NCBI GenBank assembly: GCA_016841185.1
Contig: JAENZQ010000017.1
Coordinates: 6,121-70,120, forward strand
Length of the DNA stretch: 64,000 nt
Source of the DNA: Anaerovorax odorimutans
GTDB taxonomy: Bacteria > Bacillota > Clostridia > Peptostreptococcales > JAAYPU01
Reading direction: 5' to 3'
Position 1 is the first letter of the stretch. The number at the start of each line of letters is the position of its first letter. Below the pieces are notes generated by a model, which did no database searches, was not told the origin of the DNA, and saw nothing but the letters and a program-made list of their open reading frames with translations. This document shows, one piece after another, positions 45,510-56,800 of the stretch. The position numbers and the translations under genes were made by a program.

Positions 45510-46147
45510 AGATAGATACAGTGCTTTTTGATTTGGACGGAACTGTTCTGGACACCAATAACCTTATCGTACAATCCTTTCAACATACTTACAGGACCAT
45601 ATCCGGTATAGAGAAAGACCGGGACTATATTGTGAAATCCTTTGGTGAACCTCTTGTGGCCACCATGGAGAGAGAATTTGACATACCGTCCGAAGAGGCT
45701 ATAAAAATTTACAGGGAATTTCATTATGATTCTTTTGAAAATCTCATTGATATTTTTCCGGGAATGGACCAAGTGGTCGGCAACTTGTTTCATGAAGGCT
45801 ATAAATTAGGAGTTGTCACATCAAGGCTCAGGAATACAACGGTGTTGGGATTGAAAAAATACAATCTGTTAGATTATTTTCAATGTATTATTACGGCAGA
45901 TGATACCAACAAGCACAAACCGGATCCGGAGCCGATACATATGGCCCTTGAAAAACTTTTGAGCAAACCGGAACAAACGCTTATGGTGGGAGACAGTCTG
46001 TTTGATATTAAATGTGCACATAATGCCGGCGTCAAGTCTGCAATCGTTACATGGAGTGAACTTTCCCAAGAGGAATACATGATGGAAAGCCCTGATTACA
46101 TAATAGAAAAAGCAGAAGATATTATTAAAATTCTGAAAGAAGAATAA
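45506..46147 (+). CDS. HAD family hydrolase (PpaX/phosphoglycolate phosphatase-like)
   Basis: Motifs LFDLDGTVLDT, VVTSR and MVGDSLFDI. ATGA overlap with tex. Confidence 0.85.
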   Translation: MKIDTVLFDLDGTVLDTNNLIVQSFQHTYRTISGIEKDRDYIVKSFGEPLVATMEREFDIPSEEAIKIYREFHYDSFENLIDIFPGMDQVVGNLFHEGYKLGVVTSRLRNTTVLGLKKYNLLDYFQCIITADDTNKHKPDPEPIHMALEKLLSKPEQTLMVGDSLFDIKCAHNAGVKSAIVTWSELSQEEYMMESPDYIIEKAEDIIKILKEE

Positions 46148-46302
46148 AAATTTAGTTTATATTATATCAATTTGATTAGAGTTTGGGGTTAGAGGTTAGT
46201 GATTGGTGATTGTCAGAAACTATAAAAAAATCTATAGTTTCCTCCCGTTATTATTTACCTCCTAAACCATAGACCTTAAATCATAGATTCTTACATATAA
46301 TC

Positions 46303-46351
46303 ATAGATTATAGATTATAGATCATACAGCATAGATCATAGATCTTACATC
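46303..46351. repeat. Heptanucleotide tandem repeat (ATAGATY)n, 7 units
   Basis: Units are ATAGATT ATAGATT ATAGATC ATACAGC ATAGATC ATAGATC TTACATC. The array ends 3 nt before the SD of the next gene. Further CATAGA(T/C) copies lie at 46268 and 46282. Confidence 0.85.
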
Positions 46352-46367
46352 ACTGGAGGTGGTAAAA

Positions 46368-47537
46368 ATGATTCTGATAAAAAATGCAACAATATTTACA
46401 ATGGAAGGCAAGAGCTTCATAAAGGGCTGCATCCGGATAAAAAACGGAAAAATTAAAGAAATATCTGAAAATATGACCAGCCATCCTGATGAAAAAGTCA
46501 TCGATGCAGAGGGTTATTTAGTACTGCCGGGATTTGTAGATGCACACAGCCATCTGGGCATGTGGGAAGATGGAATTGATATTGAGGGGGCAGACGGCAA
46601 CGAATCTACTGATCCTGTAACACCTCATCTCAGAGCGATAGATGCTATTAATCCAATGGACAGATCTTTTGAGGAGGCATATCAGGCGGGAGTAACTGCT
46701 ACTGCCACAGGTCCCGGCAGTGCGAATGTTATCGGAGGCCAATTTGCCGTTATTAAAACTTTTGGACGCAGAATAGATGATATGATTATCAAGGAACCTG
46801 CAGCGATAAAATGTGCATTTGGCGAAAATCCTAAAAGAGTTTACGGTGATCAGCATAAAACACCTATGACAAGAATGGCAACTGCTGCCATATTGAGGGA
46901 AACGCTTATGGAAGCAAAAGAATACCTTAAAAATAAGGAGTCGGATAATGAAGATAAGCACCCTGATTTTGACATGCAGTTTGAAGTAATGATTCCTCTT
47001 TTGAAGAAAGAAATACCCTTAAAAGCACATGTTCACAGGGCGGATGACATTTTTACGGCCATTCGTATTGCAAAGGAATTCGATTTAAAAATGACCCTGG
47101 ATCATTGTACCGAAGGGCATCTGATCGTGGATTATCTGAAAGAAGAAGGATATCCTGCTATCATTGGACCTACTTTTTCCGAGAGAAGCAAAGTAGAACT
47201 CAGAAATCTTACCTTTGATACACCGGGAATATTGAATAAGGCAGGAATCAAAATTGCTATCATGACGGACCACGGTGTGATCCCGATTCAGTACCTGTCT
47301 TTATGTGCCGCACTTGCCGTAAAGGCGGGTATGGATAAAGAAGAGGCTTTGAAAGCCATTACTATTTATCCTGCCGAGATACTTGGAGTAGAAGACAGAA
47401 TCGGAAGCATTCGTGAAGGTAAAGATGCGGATATTGTCATATGGGACCGTCATCCCTTTGATATAGAAAGCAGAGTTAAAATGACCATAATAGACGGCAA
47501 GATCGCCTACCAGCAAAATGGATCAGATAAAAAATAA
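46368..47537 (+). CDS. Amidohydrolase family protein (metal-dependent)
   Basis: Motifs PGFVDAHSHLG, AHVHRADD and GKDADIVIWD. GGAGGTGG SD before ATG 46368. Confidence 0.8.
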   Translation: MILIKNATIFTMEGKSFIKGCIRIKNGKIKEISENMTSHPDEKVIDAEGYLVLPGFVDAHSHLGMWEDGIDIEGADGNESTDPVTPHLRAIDAINPMDRSFEEAYQAGVTATATGPGSANVIGGQFAVIKTFGRRIDDMIIKEPAAIKCAFGENPKRVYGDQHKTPMTRMATAAILRETLMEAKEYLKNKESDNEDKHPDFDMQFEVMIPLLKKEIPLKAHVHRADDIFTAIRIAKEFDLKMTLDHCTEGHLIVDYLKEEGYPAIIGPTFSERSKVELRNLTFDTPGILNKAGIKIAIMTDHGVIPIQYLSLCAALAVKAGMDKEEALKAITIYPAEILGVEDRIGSIREGKDADIVIWDRHPFDIESRVKMTIIDGKIAYQQNGSDKK

Positions 47538-47552
47538 TTAATAGCAAAATAA

Positions 47553-47587
47553 AAAGTTTTGTATATTTTTTTAAATATACAAAACTT
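47553..47587. terminator. Bidirectional terminator between the amidohydrolase (+) and murC (-)
   Basis: AAAGTTTTGTATAT-TTTTTTA-ATATACAAAACTTT, a perfect 14-bp stem with A/T runs on both sides. Confidence 0.75.
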
Positions 47588-47623
47588 TACCTAAACTCTT
47601 ATCTATTATCTTTTATTTATTAT

Positions 47624-49027
47624 CTATTCTTTCATTTCTCTGTTCGTCTTCTCCATAATCCTTTCTGCCACTTTGTAAACGTCTCCTGCTCCCATGGTGA
47701 TGGCCAGGTCTTTTGATTTCGTTTTTCTTATGATAAAATCCGCAATATCTTCAAAATCGGAAATATAATAAACGTCTTTTTTTTCAGGATGGTTTTCTTT
47801 GATTTCTCGGACTAAATCGGATGCACCAATCTGATAGATGTTTTTTTCCCGTGCAGCATAAATATCGGTGATAATAATGCCGTCAGCTAAATTAAAAGCT
47901 TCGGAAAATTCTTTGAAAAGAGCTTTTGTTCTTGTATAAGTATGCGGCTGAAATACACACCATAATTTGTTATGAGGTACTTTTTTGCATGCATTCAAAG
48001 TTGCCTTTATTTCTTCCGGATGATGTGCATAATCGTCTACAATTTTAATATTTTCCGGTGTGATACCTACAATATCAAACCGTCTTTTGGTACCTTCAAA
48101 ACTGTTAAGCGTTTTAGCAATGATTTCTGTGGATACTCCTAAAGTATGGCAGCATGCAATGGCGGCAAGAGAATTGTTGATATTATGTTCGCCAGGGATG
48201 GAAAGTTGGATATGGCAGAGTACTTCGTCTGAAAAGAACACATCAAACCCAGGCATACCTTCAGAGTTGAAATTAATATGATTTGCATAATAATCACTGC
48301 TGTCATCAAAACCAAAAGTAACGGTTTTACAGGAAACGTTGTTGATGATACTTTTAACAAAAGCATTGGCGCTGTAAGCAACAATGAAACCACTGTCGGG
48401 AACAAGGTCGGCAAATTTTTGAAAAGACCTTACAATATGATCAATATCCTTAAAATAGTCCAGATGATCGGAGTCTATATTCAGAATGACTTCAATTTTT
48501 GGATTAAGCTTCAAAAAACTATCCATATATTCACAGGCTTCTGTCACTAAGAAAGGACTGTTTCCTATTTTGACATTTCCTCCGATATGATTCAGTTTGC
48601 CTCCTACTAAAATCGTCGGATCCAATTGGCTTTCTTCCAGTATTAAAGAGATCATAGAAGTTGTTGTTGTTTTTCCATGTGTTCCTGAAACTGCAATATT
48701 ATATTGATAATCTCCCATAATAAGACCTAACATTTCCGCACGGGACAGGGTGGGAATTTTTGCTTGCCCGGCAGCTATCAGCTCGGGATTATCCTCAGAA
48801 ACGGCAGCTGTATATACGATGGTGTCACATCCGGAAATATTGGACGGGTTATGTCCTATGTAAACGGTGGCACCATCTCTTCTTAAGTTTTGGATTATTT
48901 CAGAATCTTTTATATCGGACCCGGATACCTTGTATCCCTTAGCCAATAATATTTCAGCTATAGCACTGAGCCCGATACCGCCTATTCCAATACAGTGAAA
49001 ATGCTTCCTTTTTTGATTATGATTCAT
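47624..49027 (-). CDS. murC: UDP-N-acetylmuramate--L-alanine ligase
   Basis: Motifs HCIGIGGIGLSAIAEIL and VSGTHGKTTTT. CAGGAGG SD before ATG 49027. Confidence 0.92.
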   Translation of the reverse strand: MNHNQKRKHFHCIGIGGIGLSAIAEILLAKGYKVSGSDIKDSEIIQNLRRDGATVYIGHNPSNISGCDTIVYTAAVSEDNPELIAAGQAKIPTLSRAEMLGLIMGDYQYNIAVSGTHGKTTTTSMISLILEESQLDPTILVGGKLNHIGGNVKIGNSPFLVTEACEYMDSFLKLNPKIEVILNIDSDHLDYFKDIDHIVRSFQKFADLVPDSGFIVAYSANAFVKSIINNVSCKTVTFGFDDSSDYYANHINFNSEGMPGFDVFFSDEVLCHIQLSIPGEHNINNSLAAIACCHTLGVSTEIIAKTLNSFEGTKRRFDIVGITPENIKIVDDYAHHPEEIKATLNACKKVPHNKLWCVFQPHTYTRTKALFKEFSEAFNLADGIIITDIYAAREKNIYQIGASDLVREIKENHPEKKDVYYISDFEDIADFIIRKTKSKDLAITMGAGDVYKVAERIMEKTNREMKE

Positions 49028-49270
49028 GATCAAAATACCTCCTGAAAAGCGGATCATATATAGAGTTTAACTTGTTCATTTGTTTTATATAAGTTATCAT
49101 TATTATATAGTATGATTGATATGTATTTATTGTCAATATCAAAATGATATTTCCCACATACTTTATAGATTATACACTGGTGTTTAGCAGGGTAATTGAC
49201 AAAATATTCAAAAAGAATAAAATAAAAGGTGTAGTATTAATAGGTATAAAGGATTTCACGGAGGATACAA

Positions 49271-50077
49271 ATGAAAAGAAACGAAAGAATCGGTGCAATC
49301 ATCAAAATACTCAGCTCAAACCCAAATAAAATATTTACGCTTAATTTTTTTACCGATAAATTTGACTCTGCCAAATCCAGTATCAGTGAGGATATTGTTA
49401 TTGCAAAGAGAATAATGGAAAATATGAAACTTGGAAAAATAGAAACTCTTTCAGGAGCAGCAGGCGGCGTAAAATATATTCCATGTGTTTCAAAAGAAGA
49501 TACAAAGCTTTTGATGGACGAGTTATGTTCAAAACTAAAAGATGAAAATAGAATTTTGGCCGGAGGATTTTTATATACTTCAGATATTATGTTTAATTCT
49601 TCCATAATCAAAAGGGCAGGAGAGGTTTTTGCCACTCAGTTTTCCCACAAGAATGCCGATTATGTGGTTACAGTGGAAACTAAAGGGATTCCTTTGGCTG
49701 TTATGACAGCGGATGCTCTGAATCTGCCTCTTGTAGTTGCACGCAGAGACAGTAAAGTTTCCGAGGGTTCAACTGTGAGTATCAATTACATATCAGGTTC
49801 CACCGACAGAATACAGAAAATGTCCATGTCAAAAAGGGCTGTTAAGCAAGGAAGCAGGGCCATTGTCATAGATGATTTTATGAAAGGCGGGGGGACTGCC
49901 AGAGGGATCGTCGATATCCTGACAGAATTTGAAATAGAGGTTGTTGGAATTGGCGTATTGATTTCAACAAAAAAACCGGAAAAGAAGCTTGTAGAAGACT
50001 ATATTTCTTTGATTTTTATAGATGAAGTGGATTCAGAAAATAAAAAAATCCAAGTTTATCCAAACAACAATTTATAA
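49271..50077 (+). CDS. purR: Pur operon repressor
   Basis: MKRNERIGAIIKIL wHTH plus PRT domain (AIVIDDFMKGGGTA). Conserved purR-spoVG order. Confidence 0.9.
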   Translation: MKRNERIGAIIKILSSNPNKIFTLNFFTDKFDSAKSSISEDIVIAKRIMENMKLGKIETLSGAAGGVKYIPCVSKEDTKLLMDELCSKLKDENRILAGGFLYTSDIMFNSSIIKRAGEVFATQFSHKNADYVVTVETKGIPLAVMTADALNLPLVVARRDSKVSEGSTVSINYISGSTDRIQKMSMSKRAVKQGSRAIVIDDFMKGGGTARGIVDILTEFEIEVVGIGVLISTKKPEKKLVEDYISLIFIDEVDSENKKIQVYPNNNL

Positions 50078-50092
50078 ACTTTACAAAAAAAA

Positions 50093-50121
50093 GAAGGATA
50101 TTTTCGAAAAATGGAGAATAT
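50093..50121 (+). promoter_or_regulatory. Sigma-H-type promoter candidate for spoVG
   Basis: GAAGGATAT - 11 nt - GGAGAATAT matches the consensus RNAGGAWWW - 11/12 nt - RNNGAATWW. spoVG is sigma-H dependent in B. subtilis. Confidence 0.5.
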
Positions 50122-50198
50122 AACAAAAAATTTGTGTTTTTGTTTCCATATAATTTTATAACATTAAAGGATGGCTGAAAGAAAGGTGGTGAGCCAGT

Positions 50199-50501
50199 AT
50201 GAAAGTAACTGATGTAAGAGTAAGAAAGGTAAGCGATGATGGTAAGATGAAAGCAATTGTGTCTGTCACCTTCGATGATGAATTTGTCGTTCATGACATT
50301 AAGATAATCGAAGGGCAGAATGGCTTGTTTATTGCAATGCCAAGTAGAAAGATGGGAGAGGGAGATTATAGAGATATTGCCCATCCTTTAAATTCCGACA
50401 CAAGAAATAAGATTAAAGAAGCAATTTTCAGTGAATACGATAAAGCAAAATCCGAAATGCTCGATTCAGAAATCAGTATCTTAGCCGGTGCTGAAGAATA
50501 G
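50199..50501 (+). CDS. spoVG: Septation/regulatory protein SpoVG
   Basis: [11 protein letters not shown]...FIAMPSRK signature. Confidence 0.93.
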   Translation: MKVTDVRVRKVSDDGKMKAIVSVTFDDEFVVHDIKIIEGQNGLFIAMPSRKMGEGDYRDIAHPLNSDTRNKIKEAIFSEYDKAKSEMLDSEISILAGAEE

Positions 50502-50526
50502 GATATACTAAATAATATTATCTTTG

Positions 50527-50560
50527 AGAGAGGCCTCAGATTTGGGGTTTCTTTTTTTAT
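50527..50560 (+). terminator. Weak hairpin plus T7 after spoVG
   Basis: GAGAGGCC...GGGGTTTC imperfect stem followed by TTTTTTT. Confidence 0.4.
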
Positions 50561-50763
50561 ACTCTTTTAGAAGAAGATTAAAAATGATATACTAATTATG
50601 GTTCATTAGGCATTACCCAATAATTAAAAATTGTTACTGTTATATGAATTTCAAACATTTTAGTGTAAGGGTTAGACAATGTCGAAAATCATAATAGAGA
50701 GCCACAAAACGAAAAATATTTTTTCAAATAATTGTTTAGTAATATAGGATAGGAGTGCATAAA

Positions 50764-52146
50764 ATGATATACTCAGCAGTTATTTTAGCTGCCGGAGCAG
50801 GGACACGTATGAAATCAAGAATTCCAAAGGTTTTGCATGAAATATGCGGAGAAAATATGATAAGACGGGTTATAGGAGAAGTCAAGGCTTCGGGTATAGG
50901 GGATATCACAGTAGTCATTGGAAATGGCTGGGAAGAAGTGAAAAAGAATCTGAAAGATTTTGATGTGGGCTTTGCGCTTCAGAAAGAACAATTGGGGACC
51001 GGTCATGCGGTACAAATGGCAGAAAAGAGTCTTACGGATGAGGGGAATGTTATTATTCTGTGTGGCGATATGCCGTTGATAAGACGGTATACCATTCATT
51101 CTTTAATGAAATCCCATGAAAACAGCAATTCTGATATTACTGTTCTTACTGCAAAAGTTGAAAGGCCGTTTGGTTATGGTAGAATTGTGAAGGGATCAAG
51201 AGGAGAACTAATAAAAATTGTGGAAGAGAGGGATGCGGATGACAAAGAGCGTAAAATTAATGAGATTAATTCTGGCGTTTATTGTTTCCGCTCAAATGTG
51301 TTGAAAAAACATCTTTGCGACCTTAGCAGCCAAAATGAACAGGGAGAATACTATTTAACAGATTTAGTAGAAATAGGTGTGAAGAACGGATACATAGTAA
51401 AGACTCATGAACTTATAGATTCAGAAGAAATATTAGGTGTAAATTCAAGAAAACAACTGGCCGAGGCGGAAGCCATTATGCGGAAAAGAATAGTTGAAAA
51501 GCATATGGATCAGGGTGTTACTTTTATAAACCCGGAACATTCTTATATAGATTCGGATGTGTTCATAGGAATGGATACCATCATATATCCCGGAGTGACT
51601 TTAAAAGGGAATACAGTGATCGGAGAAAACTGTATTATTGGAGATAATAGTAAAATAGTTGATTCTACCATTGAAGATGGTGTAGAAATCCAATATGCTA
51701 TTATTAAAGACAGCCTGGTGAAAAAAGATACAACGGTTGGGCCTTTTGCTTATTTAAGACCGGGAAGCCGTATTGGAGAAAAGGTCAAGATCGGAGATTT
51801 CGTTGAGATAAAAAATTCTGTTATAGGAGATGGAACAAAGGCTTCACATTTAGCTTATGTGGGAGATGCTCAAGTAGGTAAAAATGTTAATATCGGATGT
51901 GGTGTAGTTTTTGTTAACTATAATGGAAAAGACAAGCAAAAAGTAATTATAGAGGATGAAGCTTTTATCGGAAGCAACGTTAATCTTGTTGCGCCTGTAA
52001 AAGTAAATAAAAGAGGGTTTGTTGCTGCGGGAACCACCGTCACCCTGGAGGTTCCGGAAGGCACATTATGTATAGGGAGAGAGAAGCAAAAACATGTCAA
52101 AGGATGGGTTGACAGAAAAAAACTAAAGGAGAACAAAGAAAAATGA
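50764..52146 (+). CDS. glmU: Bifunctional UDP-N-acetylglucosamine pyrophosphorylase / GlcN-1-P acetyltransferase
   Basis: [11 protein letters not shown] and C-terminal hexapeptide repeats. TAGGAGTG SD before ATG 50764. Confidence 0.92.
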   Translation: MIYSAVILAAGAGTRMKSRIPKVLHEICGENMIRRVIGEVKASGIGDITVVIGNGWEEVKKNLKDFDVGFALQKEQLGTGHAVQMAEKSLTDEGNVIILCGDMPLIRRYTIHSLMKSHENSNSDITVLTAKVERPFGYGRIVKGSRGELIKIVEERDADDKERKINEINSGVYCFRSNVLKKHLCDLSSQNEQGEYYLTDLVEIGVKNGYIVKTHELIDSEEILGVNSRKQLAEAEAIMRKRIVEKHMDQGVTFINPEHSYIDSDVFIGMDTIIYPGVTLKGNTVIGENCIIGDNSKIVDSTIEDGVEIQYAIIKDSLVKKDTTVGPFAYLRPGSRIGEKVKIGDFVEIKNSVIGDGTKASHLAYVGDAQVGKNVNIGCGVVFVNYNGKDKQKVIIEDEAFIGSNVNLVAPVKVNKRGFVAAGTTVTLEVPEGTLCIGREKQKHVKGWVDRKKLKENKEK

Positions 52147-53099
52147 GAAATCTTGGTAGTGAAATCAAAGTGTTTGCGGGAAATTCAAACAAAGAACTTG
52201 CCAAAGAGATTGCCCTATGCATGGGTAAGGAGTTGGGTGATTCTGCAGTAGGTGTTTTTAGCGACGGCGAAATATCTGTAGATATAAATGAGACAGTAAG
52301 AGGAGCAGATGTCTATATTATACAATCTACATGTGAGCCTGTTAATAATAATCTTATGGAACTTTTGATCATGACAGATGCCATGAAGAGGGCTTCCGCC
52401 GGGAGGATAACGGCTGTTATGCCCTATTATGGATATGCAAGACAAGACAGAAAGACAAAGGCAAGAGATCCCATCACATCAAAACTTGTAGCAAATCTGA
52501 TTACCAGTTCGGGAGCCAACAGGGTTTTGAGCATGGATCTGCATGCATCCCAGATACAGGGTTATTTTGACATACCCGTGGATCATTTGCTTGGTGTACC
52601 TATTTTAGTAAAGTATTTTATAGATTTGAACCTGAAAGATGTTGTAGTGGTATCTCCGGATATCGGCAGTGTTACACGGGCAAGGAATTTTGCAAATTAT
52701 CTTGAGGCACCCATTGCAATTGTAGATAAAAGAAGACCAAAAGCAAATGTTGCAGAAGTAATGAATGTTATTGGGGATATTAAGGATAAAAATGTGATTT
52801 TAGTAGATGATATGATTGATACGGCCGGAACCATTACAAGCAGTGCCAATTCATTAAAGGAAATAGGCGCAAAAAAGGTATACGCCTGTGCAACGCATCC
52901 GGTGCTGTCGGGTCCTGCTATCAGCAGGATTCAGGATTCGGTCATAGATGAAATGGTGGTTTTAAATACCATACCCCTTACTAAAAATAAAATGATTGAA
53001 AAAATACGTGTTTTGTCTGTTGCGCCTATTTTTGCAGAAGCCATCAGCCGGATTTATACCAATGATTCAGTCAGTAAACTATTTGACAGTAACAGATAA
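52143..53099 (+). CDS. prs: Ribose-phosphate pyrophosphokinase
   Basis: Motifs [10 protein letters not shown] and [12 protein letters not shown]. Confidence 0.93.
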   Translation: MRNLGSEIKVFAGNSNKELAKEIALCMGKELGDSAVGVFSDGEISVDINETVRGADVYIIQSTCEPVNNNLMELLIMTDAMKRASAGRITAVMPYYGYARQDRKTKARDPITSKLVANLITSSGANRVLSMDLHASQIQGYFDIPVDHLLGVPILVKYFIDLNLKDVVVVSPDIGSVTRARNFANYLEAPIAIVDKRRPKANVAEVMNVIGDIKDKNVILVDDMIDTAGTITSSANSLKEIGAKKVYACATHPVLSGPAISRIQDSVIDEMVVLNTIPLTKNKMIEKIRVLSVAPIFAEAISRIYTNDSVSKLFDSNR

Positions 53100-53136
53100 G
53101 ATAGTTGATGAACAATGAAGAATGAACGATGAAGGT

Positions 53137-53168
53137 GAGAAATTTTGCCTTATAAGGCAAAATTTCTC
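53137..53168. repeat. Perfect 32-bp palindrome between prs and pth
   Basis: GAGAAATTTTGCCTTA|TAAGGCAAAATTTCTC. No T tract follows it on either strand. Confidence 0.8.
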
Positions 53169-53221
53169 CCTTAACTGTTCACTTTTTATATATCATCTAT
53201 TAAAATTTCGGGAGAACAAAG

Positions 53222-53776
53222 ATGTATATTATTGTAGGATTGGGAAACCCTGGAAAAAAATATGAGAACACTCGTCATAACATTGGTTTTATTACCGTTG
53301 ATTATCTTGCGGCAAGACATAACATCAAAGTCAACAAGATTAAACATAAAGCGCTTATCGGAGAGGGCCATATTGATGGTAATAAAGTAATGATTGTAAA
53401 GCCTCAGACCTTTATGAATTTAAGCGGGAGAAGCATACGGGAAATTATGGCATATTATAAAGAAGATATCCAAAACCTTATTGTGATATATGATGATATA
53501 GACATTGAGGCCGGCACAATACGAATCAGAAAAAAAGGCAGTGCCGGCACGCATAATGGTATGCGGTCTATTATTTATGAACTTATGACCGATGATTTTC
53601 CAAGAATCCGTATTGGTATTGGCCGGGATGAAAATATACAATTGAGGGATTATGTATTGGAAAACTTCAGAAAAGAAGAGATTAAAATAATGGGAGATGT
53701 CGTAAAAAATGCTTGTGCAGCAGTGGAGGCTTTGATTGTAAAAAGTATAGATGCTGCAATGAATGAATATAATTAA
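53222..53776 (+). CDS. pth: Peptidyl-tRNA hydrolase
   Basis: Motifs GLGNPGKKYENTRHNIGF and GTHNGMRS. Confidence 0.93.
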   Translation: MYIIVGLGNPGKKYENTRHNIGFITVDYLAARHNIKVNKIKHKALIGEGHIDGNKVMIVKPQTFMNLSGRSIREIMAYYKEDIQNLIVIYDDIDIEAGTIRIRKKGSAGTHNGMRSIIYELMTDDFPRIRIGIGRDENIQLRDYVLENFRKEEIKIMGDVVKNACAAVEALIVKSIDAAMNEYN

Positions 53777-53825
53777 ATAATTCAAGATCTGTTTATTTTG
53801 TTTGTACGGATTTAATGGTGATAAT

Positions 53826-56800
53826 ATGATTGGAAGATTTTTTGTTGAAGAAACCTGCAATGCTCATGTTGTAAAATCATTTGAACCTTATTTAATGAGC
53901 GGAAAAGACATCATAAATGCTGCCGGCTTTTCTGAAAGCCGATTGGCACATATTGCGGCCTATTTGTCGGAAAACAGCAATCGGCAATGTCTGATCATTA
54001 CTTCAAATGAAAGTCATGCAAAAAGGCTTAGTGAAGATATTTCTTTCTTTACAGAAAAAAAAGTATATTATTTACCGGGACAAGAACCGGTTTTTTTTCG
54101 ATACGATGCAAAAAGCCATAATCTGCTGGAGCAGCGGCTTAATGCTGTTATCAATATCCTGAAAGGAGAGGCTGCAATAATAGTCTCTTCAATTGATGGT
54201 GCCCTGAAGAAGATGGTACCGAAGGAGGCTTTTAAAAGTAATGTTTTGAACTTGCAGACAGGGGACGATATAAGCCAGGATAAGCTTCAGGAGAAATTAA
54301 TGCTGTTAGGATATGAAAGGTCCCATCAGGTAGAAGCAAAAGGACAGTACAGCATACGGGGCGGCATTGTAGATATTTTCCCCGTTGATGCTTCAGAGCC
54401 TTACAGGATTGAATTTTTCGATACAGAAATTGATTCTATAAGAACTTTTGACACATCTACACAAAGATCCATAAAGAACGTTCGTGACTTGTCCGCATAT
54501 CCTGCTCAGGAATTAGTTGCCGATGAAGATGCATTCAGGGAAGCAGCCTGCAAAATAGAAGCTTATTATGACAATCAGATTAAAAAACTAAAAAGCAGCG
54601 AAAAACTTCAGCAGAAAAAAGATCAGCTTCTTGAATTTGTGCATACCCGGACCAATCTTCAGATCCTGGAGAATCATATACACTATTTTTATGACAGAGT
54701 TGAATATTTACTGGATTATATGGATAGGGACACTTTGATTATGATCGACGACCCTGACAGAATCGGTGACAAAATTCAAAATACCTATAAAGAAACTCAT
54801 GAAGACTTTAAATACCTTCTTGAAAAGGGAGAAGTTATTCCTTATGATTTTAATATTATCCCTTCTTTCAATGATTATCAGCAAATGATCAGAGAGCGGC
54901 TGGTATTTCTCTTTACACCTTTTATTAAAGGAAATAATTCTGATTTTAAATTTTCCGAAATTCTGAATATATCCACTAAATCCGTACCTGCATTTCAAGG
55001 CAGAATGGATATGTTTAAAGATGAGTTGGATAGATATGCAAGAAAAGGGTACAAGATATTCATCACCTGCTCCACAAAGGAAAGAATGAATAATATAAAA
55101 GAGTTTATAGAAAGAAATCATCAGAATTGTACATTGTATACCTCTTCTCTCAACTGGATGGATCAGGGACAAATTGTTGTTGGAGAAGGAAGTTTGAGTA
55201 CCGGTTTTGAATACTTGGAAGACAAAATTATAATGATAACAGATTCAGATATTTTTGCCAATGCAAAAATCAGAAGAAATAAACCTGTAAATAAAGATGT
55301 AAAGCCCATTAAAGTTTTTACCGATTTAAAACCGGGAGATTATGTAGTTCATGAAAATCATGGCATCGGAAGGTATTTGGGAATAGAGCAGTTGGATATA
55401 CAGAATACTAAAAAGGATTATTTTAAAATAAAATATGCCGGAGAAGATATGCTGTATGTACCGGTTGAACAAATGAACTTAGTACAAAAATATATCGGTG
55501 CAGACAGCGGTGTACCGAGAATCAACAAATTAAGCAGTGTTGAATGGAAGAAAACGAAGGCACGGGTAAAAGGTGCTATTATTGATATGGCAAAAGACCT
55601 TCTTCAATTGAGTGCTATCCGGCATTCTTCTAAAGGATATGCATTTTCGCAGGATACGCCCTGGCAAAAAGATTTTGAGGATGCTTTCCCATATGAAGAA
55701 ACCGCTGATCAATTAAAATGTGCAGAAGAAATCAAAAAGGATATGCAAAAAGATATTCCAATGGACAGACTTCTTTGCGGAGATGTGGGATATGGGAAAA
55801 CAGAAGTTGCCGCAAGAGCAGTGTTTAAATGTATTGTAGATGGTAAACAAGCTGCTGTTTTAGTACCGACTACCATTCTGGCAAACCAGCATTATACAAC
55901 TTTTTTGGATCGGTTTGCTAAATTTCCATTTAATATTGAAATGTTAAGCAGATTTAGAACAGATAAAGAGCAAAGGCAGATCATAAAAAAGGTTGAAGAC
56001 GGCAGTATAGATATTTTAATCGGAACACATCGGCTTCTCTCAGAAGATATCAAATTCAAGGATTTAGGCCTGTTAATTATAGATGAAGAACAGAAATTTG
56101 GTGTCCAGCATAAAGAAGTGATTAAAAAAATGAAGCAGAATGTAGATGTACTGACCTTGTCAGCTACACCTATCCCCAGAACGCTGCACATGTCGCTGAT
56201 TGGCTTGCGGGATATGAGCACCATTGAAGATCCTCCGGAAGAGAGATTTCCGGTTCAGACTTTTGTAGTAGAATATGAAGAAGAAATAATCAAAGAGGCG
56301 ATTTTAAGAGAGGTTGAACGAGGCGGACAGGTTTTTTTTGTTTATAACAGAGTAAGAGGAATCCGACGGATTTCTGCCCATTTGCAGGAATTGATTCCCG
56401 AAGTTTCCATTGCTGTTGCACACGGACAGATGAATGAAAAAGAACTTGAAAATATTATGATATCATTTATGAACAGAAAATACGATGTCCTTGTGTGCAC
56501 AACAATTATTGAATCCGGTATTGATATTCAGAATACAAATACCATTATTATTTATGATGCTGATAAATTTGGCCTTTCTCAACTTTATCAGCTAAGGGGA
56601 AGAGTTGGCAGATCTAATAGAATGGCGTACGCCTATTTTGCTTATCAGAAGGATAAAGTACTGACAGAGCAATCTGAAAAGAGGTTGAAGGCCATTAAAG
56701 AGTTTACTGAATTCGGGTCCGGATTTAAAATTGCCATGAGAGATTTGGAAATACGGGGAGCGGGAAATTTATTAGGTGTTGAGCAGCATGGACATCTGGT

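Noticed and set aside
46303-46351. Heptamer array (and the 12-mer tandem at 19462-19485) as a CRISPR array.
   Set aside because: The units are 7-12 bp and directly abutting with no spacers. No cas genes or leader are present.
50680-50686. Perfect Spo0A box TGTCGAA upstream of glmU.
   Set aside because: It is a single 7-mer. Several chance occurrences are expected in 64 kb on two strands. There is no second box or supporting context.
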